Program-made: the position numbers and the translations under genes
DNA from: a virus
DNA: 64,000 nucleotides
Virus record (IMG/VR): IMGVR_UViG_3300031963_000013
Direction: 5' to 3' (one strand)
Part shown: positions 57,812 to 64,000 of the stretch, piece by piece
Layout: every line of letters begins with the position of its first letter
Position numbering within the stretch: position 1 is the stretch's first letter
The notes under the pieces: model-generated
What the model was told of the DNA's origin: nothing
What the model saw: only the letters and a program-made list of their open reading frames with translations
Database searches by the model: none

Positions 57812-60800
57812 TTATTGGTTTGTGATTAAATTTTGGGCCTTAAGAGATTTTATTATGTTACCAGATCTATCTCTAAGGTCTTCGTCTATGTATTGCGGAT
57901 ACAAAAGCCCGTTTTCTACAAGGGTTTGATCTTTCGGATCGTATCTCAGTATGACATTCGTTTCGTCGGGAATGTGTTTCCAGACAATGTATCTGCAAGT
58001 TCTGAAGTTTGCACCTGTGACTTGATCCACAAGAGAAGAAGAGTTGATCAGAGAACCGTCGAGGGTTGTGCCCAACCCAGCCACTAGTCTAGATCCGGTC
58101 ACATCCGAAGTGCTCGAAGAGCCTGTAAAGTAAACGTTTTTAACAACGTACTCCCACCGTTCGTTCCAACCTAAAGAGGATGCGTTATAAAAACTAATCC
58201 TATCACCTACTCCTATCGAAAAAGGATACACAACTCTACTCAATCCAGACGTACTCCAAGAGGGATCGGAAGTTGAATTCATCAGCGGAACGTGTCCGTA
58301 ACGGTAGTAGTACGACAGAGCGCTATCAAAAACAATCTCGTTCGAGGAAGTGTTGTAGTACAAACAGGGTTGGCTGCTGCTCACTTCTGTAGTTAACGTT
58401 GTTGTAAAGCTTCCTGTTGTACTTCCTCCTGCGCCTCTACCAAGTATAGATATATCGCTTACTGTAAACGTAAAATCGCTGATTGTGTAACCACCAGGGG
58501 GTACGCCCGCTATACGCAGAGTTACAATATCGCCAGTTGCGTCACTATTTCCGGTTGTTATAGTTAGTGTTCCAGCTGAAGAGTACGATACGCCTGGTCC
58601 CGTTATAGTATAGTTGAAATTAACGCCTGTGTTGCTGCTCACAGCTCCCCCGGACTTTTCAACTCTCGCGGTAAACGTATAATCTGCCTCTGTATTTTCG
58701 GGAGGATCTACAAATGTTTCGTTGACAGAGAATAGAAATACGTTGAACAATGTTGGATCCAAGCTAGAGGGAGGTATTGTTGATCCCAGTGGTAACCTAA
58801 CCTCTATAGGTATTTGTAAAGAAAAGCTCTGCGTAACTGTAGAAGATCCTCCTATGTTGTGTAGTATCGGTAGGTATCTAAATCCGCCTTCAAATATTTG
58901 TAGTGTGGGATTGTTTACCAATAACTGGGCGTACGGGTTTCTCTCGTCGTATTCGAATAGGGATACGTCGCACGTTTCCCCACTTTTGAAAAAGTTCTGT
59001 ACATCGAATATGTTAAAGTTTGCTTTACTCAAATCCAATACTGCCTCGTTGCTATTTATGAGGTACTTTATCTGCGCGTTTGAGCGGCCCGGTAAAAAAA
59101 TGGATGCTGAGTATATGTCTACAAGATAAGCAAAACTCTGTTTTACTTTGTCTATAGTTGCGCTGCTGCCGTAAGACTGGTCTCCGGCTGTGTACGTGTT
59201 GTAGGTTGCGCTGTTTATCGACGATCCTACAAACCTAGGATACGTAAAAGCTCTGGTAGCGTAGTTTGAATCCTGTAACTGAGCGTACGGAGAATTAGGG
59301 TTGGTGTACGTTTGGAAGTTATCGATTTGAGCATCTATTATTGATTTGGTTATTATTCCGAAGTTAACCGGGGTGTTTTGGTTATAAGTGTAGTCTAGAT
59401 CTAAGAACTTTAAAGATCTCACAGAAGCCGTAACGTTTTGGTACACAGCTCCGTAATTTACCGTGGTAACCAAAGAACCGCTAGAGTTGCTTGAGATTTC
59501 TGACTGATCGCTTATCGATGTTGCCGTTGTCACAACTATCGAACTTCCGCTAAGTTCTCCGGTGTATTTTTCTACGCCGTCGGTAGAGCTCACAGTCGCA
59601 AAACCGTACGGAGACATAACGCTACCAGACCAACTTGTAGAAAACTCGTAACCCAAAGCGTTACTACCCGAGATGTCTATCATGTCGACGGACTGCGAAT
59701 AGTTGTTGTAAAAACTCATGCTTGGTTCGTGCCTTGCGTACTTATTTCTTTCAAGGATGTGACTCTTTATTATGATTCCTGTTGATACGTTAGACCTTGC
59801 AGGAGCAAAATCCTTTATCATTTTAAACAGAGAATTGTTGTAATACTTTATCAGTCTAAAGTATTCGTACAAACTGTGAGGTTGCGTATAAGTCGAAAAG
59901 TACTGTTTGCTTAAAGCGTCTAACGATGGGTAAGACGATTTGTATTGGTCTTCTGGATTGCCTATTAGTTGATTGAAGTTTACGTAACCAGAAGAAGACT
60001 CAAAATTGTTATTGATTGTGTTTGATGGAGAGAATCCAACTTCTATGTCCATCGAATTTGCTCTAACTAGGTTGTTGTACTCTTGCGCTGTCGTGTACGG
60101 GGAAAGGACAGGTTCTCCCAAAGCTATGCTGGAAGTTACAATGTTTATCTTTTCGTTGTTTGCCTCTATTAAGCCGCTTCCTGTGTATATGTTGTTAGCT
60201 CCGAATTCGGTTACCGTCAGAATCTCTTCTGGTATACCGTAACAAGATATTAAAGCTTTTATTCCCCTTTGAGTACCCTTTGATTTTAAAAGGTAGGGCA
60301 AGTTGTGATAAAGTCTCTTGTACAACTCTTTTTCAAGCTGGTTAGAGGGTAAAGTGTCTATGCTAGAAGTAACGTAGCTAGTAATTACTTCTGATCCAGT
60401 TGGAGGAAGCAGGGAACCGTCTGGGTTCATCCCAAACAGCGTGTAATACAGGTTATCTGATACGCTTGTGTTTGTGTACAAGTTCATACCTAGACCACGT
60501 AATGCGTCTGCAACAACGTCCATAGACACACCTTCGTACGGATTGTTAAAAGAGCTGTATCTGTTGCTTAGATCCTTGTAATATATCCAAAGGTTATCGA
60601 AGTGTTGTCCAACCATGTCAACAAATGTAACGTATGGTTGGTTGTCTGGGTTTTCAAGCAGATATTGCGGTATGGTATTTGTTAGTCTGTCTGAGTTGTT
60701 TGCGTCGTACAGCGATGACGAATAGAGTATCGACACGCCTGACAAAGAAGGCGTAGTATTCTCCGATCCCAACCAATTCAATGCTTGGGAAGAAGTCACT

Positions 60801-61948
60801 GAATAGAGATCGTACGGCTTTTGACTCGTAGATTTGGGCCACGCAAAAGATTCAGATTCGTAATAGAGGTAGTATTCGTAAACATCGAATTTTTTTATGA
60901 TGTTGTCTATCTTGTTTTGAATCAATACGTTCGATTGAGAAACAGAAGTATTTGTATCAACACTCATGCTAGTAAAAGAGGTTGTATCCGATATCTGTGA
61001 TCTGTAATCCTCTATCAAAGACAGCTTATAAACGAAGTTATTTAGCCTCTCTGTTGCGCTAGAGAAGTGAACGAAGTTTTCAAAGTTAGAATAGTCTACG
61101 TTTATCTGTATTGCTTTATCGTCGTAATAGCTTTGTAACTGTTGCATCGATGACGATAGATCGCTACTAAACAGCGCGTTGTAGTTGTAGTACGGCGTTG
61201 TTTGACCTATTCTATCGGAAACCTTTATTTTGAAATTCGGTCCCCTAAGTTGGTTCATTGTCGCTTCTGATTCAGCTTCTATCTGAATGTTAACGTCAAA
61301 GCTAACCGAATCTGAAAGCGCATCAACTAACCAAAGCGTTGATTTTAAATCGAACTCTGGTGGAAGAGGTTCGTAAAGTTTTATGAGTAGGTAAGTTCCA
61401 TCGTCCTCAACCGAAACAGCGACGTTGTTAGCTATCAGTAACCTATTTAAACCGAAGTTGACGTAGAAGTCTGTGAAATAGTTTTTACCAGATACGTAAG
61501 TTTGGTAAGCAGCAAAGCCCTCTTGTATTTGGGTATTACTTAAAAATTGGCTGCTTAACTTTAACTCCGTTCTGGATCTGGAAATTTCCTTTATCCAATA
61601 GTTTATGTTGGAAGTAGAATTGAATAAGTTCTTATAAAAACCGTATTGCGTGTTTAGCAAGCCTCGGTTGTAACCGCGGTCTTGAAGATCTTTTTTTGGA
61701 TCGATCTCTATGCTTGAAGCTAAACCGTCTACGGGATTTGTCGAACCTTGTGATGGATAGTAGCTTGTGACGTTGTAGTCTATATCTATCAATTGACCCA
61801 CTTCGTCAAAGATCGATAGCTCAACGTAATCTTCAGGAGCACCAAAGGAGGAGTTTATAAAATTTGTAACTATCAACCGATCGTCAACAAGTTTGTAATC
61901 CTGATAAGTTTTACCCGTGCCTCTGTATGTTATATTAACTAATTCCAT
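57812..61948 (-). CDS. Large baseplate/tail-associated structural protein
   Basis: Tail_P2_I/gp7-like segment FVDMVGQHFD...NLPYLLKSKGTQRGIKALISCYG; Ser/Thr-rich. Confidence 0.65.
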   Translation of the reverse strand: MELVNITYRGTGKTYQDYKLVDDRLIVTNFINSSFGAPEDYVELSIFDEVGQLIDIDYNVTSYYPSQGSTNPVDGLASSIEIDPKKDLQDRGYNRGLLNTQYGFYKNLFNSTSNINYWIKEISRSRTELKLSSQFLSNTQIQEGFAAYQTYVSGKNYFTDFYVNFGLNRLLIANNVAVSVEDDGTYLLIKLYEPLPPEFDLKSTLWLVDALSDSVSFDVNIQIEAESEATMNQLRGPNFKIKVSDRIGQTTPYYNYNALFSSDLSSSMQQLQSYYDDKAIQINVDYSNFENFVHFSSATERLNNFVYKLSLIEDYRSQISDTTSFTSMSVDTNTSVSQSNVLIQNKIDNIIKKFDVYEYYLYYESESFAWPKSTSQKPYDLYSVTSSQALNWLGSENTTPSLSGVSILYSSSLYDANNSDRLTNTIPQYLLENPDNQPYVTFVDMVGQHFDNLWIYYKDLSNRYSSFNNPYEGVSMDVVADALRGLGMNLYTNTSVSDNLYYTLFGMNPDGSLLPPTGSEVITSYVTSSIDTLPSNQLEKELYKRLYHNLPYLLKSKGTQRGIKALISCYGIPEEILTVTEFGANNIYTGSGLIEANNEKINIVTSSIALGEPVLSPYTTAQEYNNLVRANSMDIEVGFSPSNTINNNFESSSGYVNFNQLIGNPEDQYKSSYPSLDALSKQYFSTYTQPHSLYEYFRLIKYYNNSLFKMIKDFAPARSNVSTGIIIKSHILERNKYARHEPSMSFYNNYSQSVDMIDISGSNALGYEFSTSWSGSVMSPYGFATVSSTDGVEKYTGELSGSSIVVTTATSISDQSEISSNSSGSLVTTVNYGAVYQNVTASVRSLKFLDLDYTYNQNTPVNFGIITKSIIDAQIDNFQTYTNPNSPYAQLQDSNYATRAFTYPRFVGSSINSATYNTYTAGDQSYGSSATIDKVKQSFAYLVDIYSASIFLPGRSNAQIKYLINSNEAVLDLSKANFNIFDVQNFFKSGETCDVSLFEYDERNPYAQLLVNNPTLQIFEGGFRYLPILHNIGGSSTVTQSFSLQIPIEVRLPLGSTIPPSSLDPTLFNVFLFSVNETFVDPPENTEADYTFTARVEKSGGAVSSNTGVNFNYTITGPGVSYSSAGTLTITTGNSDATGDIVTLRIAGVPPGGYTISDFTFTVSDISILGRGAGGSTTGSFTTTLTTEVSSSQPCLYYNTSSNEIVFDSALSYYYRYGHVPLMNSTSDPSWSTSGLSRVVYPFSIGVGDRISFYNASSLGWNERWEYVVKNVYFTGSSSTSDVTGSRLVAGLGTTLDGSLINSSSLVDQVTGANFRTCRYIVWKHIPDETNVILRYDPKDQTLVENGLLYPQYIDEDLRDRSGNIIKSLKAQNLITNQ

Positions 61949-62292
61949 TAGGTTGCTATGTTGTTAACTGTTAAATATGTAGAGCTTAAATCTATTAATT
62001 GTTGTCTTAACGAGTTAATTTCTTCTACGAGTGCCGCTTTTTCTGCATCGAATATCGATCCTCCCAGGTATTGAGTACTTTTTTCTACCAAATACTTGTG
62101 AGAATTTATCTCCCCTTCGGTTGGTATGTCGAAAAAAAGCTGTTCGTAGTAGTTAAAAAAATCCTCTACTGTAACAATGGGAGTTTGTTCTACAACTTGC
62201 GGAGAAATAAGCTCTGTAAATTGGTTGTCTATAGCGTTTGTGTACGTACTTACGCCCCTTATTTTTTTAACTAAATTTACTTTTTCCATCAA
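61948..62292 (-). CDS. Hypothetical structural-module protein
   Basis: Translationally coupled within the module. Confidence 0.65.
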   Translation of the reverse strand: MMEKVNLVKKIRGVSTYTNAIDNQFTELISPQVVEQTPIVTVEDFFNYYEQLFFDIPTEGEINSHKYLVEKSTQYLGGSIFDAEKAALVEEINSLRQQLIDLSSTYLTVNNIAT

Positions 62293-63389
62293 TTAGTTAC
62301 TTTGAATATTAGGTTGTTGTCGTAATCTACCTGTTCTCCTGAAGGCAAATTGCACTTTATGAGTAGTTTGTAATAACGTTCTGGTTCTAAACCGTTCATG
62401 TGTACGTTAAAATAGCTACTAACTCCATCGCAACTTATCTTTGTGTAATTGGTATCAAAGTCAACAACGGTTTCGTTCGTTTTTGCGTCTACTAAAGACC
62501 AATACGACTGTTGTGGTAATCTCTTGTTTGAAGTGTATAAAGAAGAGGTTGTAAACACCCTTGTCGGGTATTTGTCCCTTGAATTGACTCTGAACTTATA
62601 GATGTCTGTGTTCTTTTTGTAATAACCCATGTTGTTAGATAGAGTTATTACAGAATCGCTATCGCTCAACACTGAGAGGCTTCCTGTCGTGTATACGCTA
62701 TCGTCCCACCTGATTTCTAGGGTTGGAGGGTATATTGTGTGAGTATCGTTGCTGTAGAAGTTCAAAGCAATGTAGCTTCCTGAATTGTTTTCCACCGCGT
62801 TCGGGTGTTTCACCAAAAAACCGTAATTGCTTTGAGATCCGCTGAACCACTCGTCAACTATGGCTGTAACGTCTACGTTTATGTCTTTATCGCTGTTGTA
62901 ATCGAAAGATTGGGTGGTGAACGTGTTGTTCCAAGAACCACCGCCGGGTGTTAAGTAATACTGAGGATTTAACCAATTTGTTACATTTGTGTAGTAAGAC
63001 TGTGAAGTATACCAACAAGCTCCGTTTTTTGTTTGAGGAGAATCAGCAAAGTGTCCTGTACCCATTTCCCAATCCTGAGCAACCTGTCTTATTTCTAAGT
63101 AGTAGTCAGTGTTTAAGTTTTCTGCGTTGGCCAAGTAAAGTTTCAAATACACTTTAAAAGAACCAGTTGCGTACGCTTTGAGTTTCTGTAGATCGTCGCT
63201 AGAAAATTTAATCAAAGATCTGCGTAAGTCATCCGATGATATGGGACCAACTCCAGCTATCAAACTGTTGTTTGCGTCTTCTGAATTTTTAACGCTAACT
63301 TCCAAGATCTCGTCAAGCCCAGTGTTCATCGCTGGAAACTTTGAGTAGATCGTTGTGTCCGCTTCTGAAAATATTTTGTATATTGCCAT
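62289..63389 (-). CDS. DNRLRE/CBM96-like virion protein
   Basis: DTTIYS...NTGLDEILE...RSLIKF...W.MGTG...NYGF...P.LEI.WDD. Confidence 0.55.
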   Translation of the reverse strand: MAIYKIFSEADTTIYSKFPAMNTGLDEILEVSVKNSEDANNSLIAGVGPISSDDLRRSLIKFSSDDLQKLKAYATGSFKVYLKLYLANAENLNTDYYLEIRQVAQDWEMGTGHFADSPQTKNGACWYTSQSYYTNVTNWLNPQYYLTPGGGSWNNTFTTQSFDYNSDKDINVDVTAIVDEWFSGSQSNYGFLVKHPNAVENNSGSYIALNFYSNDTHTIYPPTLEIRWDDSVYTTGSLSVLSDSDSVITLSNNMGYYKKNTDIYKFRVNSRDKYPTRVFTTSSLYTSNKRLPQQSYWSLVDAKTNETVVDFDTNYTKISCDGVSSYFNVHMNGLEPERYYKLLIKCNLPSGEQVDYDNNLIFKVTN

Positions 63390-63403
63390 TTTTGTTGTTT
63401 TTA

Positions 63404-64000
63404 TTAGAAGCTAACCACTCTTCCTTGTATGTCTGTGTCTAAGTATTTAACTTCAAACACAGAAGGATCCAAAGAAGGATAAATTATACCGTTTACCAAA
63501 CCTGCGTTTATGTCGTATACGTACTTAGAGTACCCGTTTGAAACCCCAGATTTGTTAACTATTTCTACGCTTTTCACAGTTTGTACGCCCTCTACAGTAT
63601 CCAAAAGCGTGTAAACGTCGCTAAGAACTATAGGTTCGTTTATTTGCCAATTGCTTATGTTAAAAAAGTCCTTTAGCACTGTTAAGCACCTTGCTATTAC
63701 GTCTGTGCCAGTGTAATTGGGCCTTATGATCACATCGAAATTGCAACCTATGTTTATAACGTACCCAGGTTTTAGGTTTATAGCGTCTGTCATCATTCTG
63801 TATTCAGACAGATACGTTTGAACGTTTTTCAATAACGCTTCGCTTGGCTCCGCAAGGTGACCGTTTGAGTCCAATCCCAAAAGGTACATGCTAACAAGCG
63901 TTTGGTTCTTGTTTGTGTAATCCGAGCTATAGTAGTTTGCAAAAGTAGTATCGTCCTTTGTTACGTAGGCTTTTGATATTTTGCCGTACTTGGAAGGCAT
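63404..64000 (-). CDS. Baseplate wedge (gp6/J-like) protein, C-terminal part
   Basis: MPSKYG.I.KAY, YLSEYRMMTD, WQINEPI..SD and VEGVQTV. Confidence 0.7.
   Translation of the reverse strand: MPSKYGKISKAYVTKDDTTFANYYSSDYTNKNQTLVSMYLLGLDSNGHLAEPSEALLKNVQTYLSEYRMMTDAINLKPGYVINIGCNFDVIIRPNYTGTDVIARCLTVLKDFFNISNWQINEPIVLSDVYTLLDTVEGVQTVKSVEIVNKSGVSNGYSKYVYDINAGLVNGIIYPSLDPSVFEVKYLDTDIQGRVVSF

Noticed and set aside
382-63157. Numerous short antisense or nested ORFs in the six-frame track
   Set aside because: They are shadows of longer motif-bearing genes on the opposite strand or frame.
1-64000. Stop-codon reassignment
   Set aside because: Known genes are full length under the standard code, and no suppressor tRNA was seen.

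Overview
This window looks like part of a large (jumbo-type) lytic myovirus-like phage genome, probably infecting a Bacteroidetes host. The host inference rests on A-rich non-Shine-Dalgarno leaders such as AAAAGTTATG, a DUF4494-like gene, a T9SS-like C-terminus and a Bacteroidetes-style lipoprotein. Layout: (1) 1-15.9 kb, a glycosylation and nucleotide-sugar cluster with several glycosyltransferases, RfbH/DdhC, an RfbB-like dehydratase, a TPP enzyme, two HpcH-type aldolases, an LdpA-like Fe-S protein and FkbM. (2) 16-47 kb, accessory genes with repeated TTG-N5-CAA promoter-proximal arrays, block-shuffled small-gene families, four canonical tRNAs, six tRNA-like elements and thyA. (3) 47-51.5 kb, an MBD4-like glycosylase and putative DNA-hypermodification genes. 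(4) 52-54.6 kb, a lysis module. (5) 54.6-64 kb, minus-strand virion/baseplate genes. The strongest candidate for an undescribed system is an integron-like gene-cassette array at 41.76-43.99 kb. It has attC-like hairpins, cassette ends complementary to their own starts, and a consistent top-strand G-T wobble bias, with no integrase in the window. The second is a family of tRNA-scaffold RNAs with constant arms and variable cores. All protein calls come from motif recognition by eye; no database searches were run.
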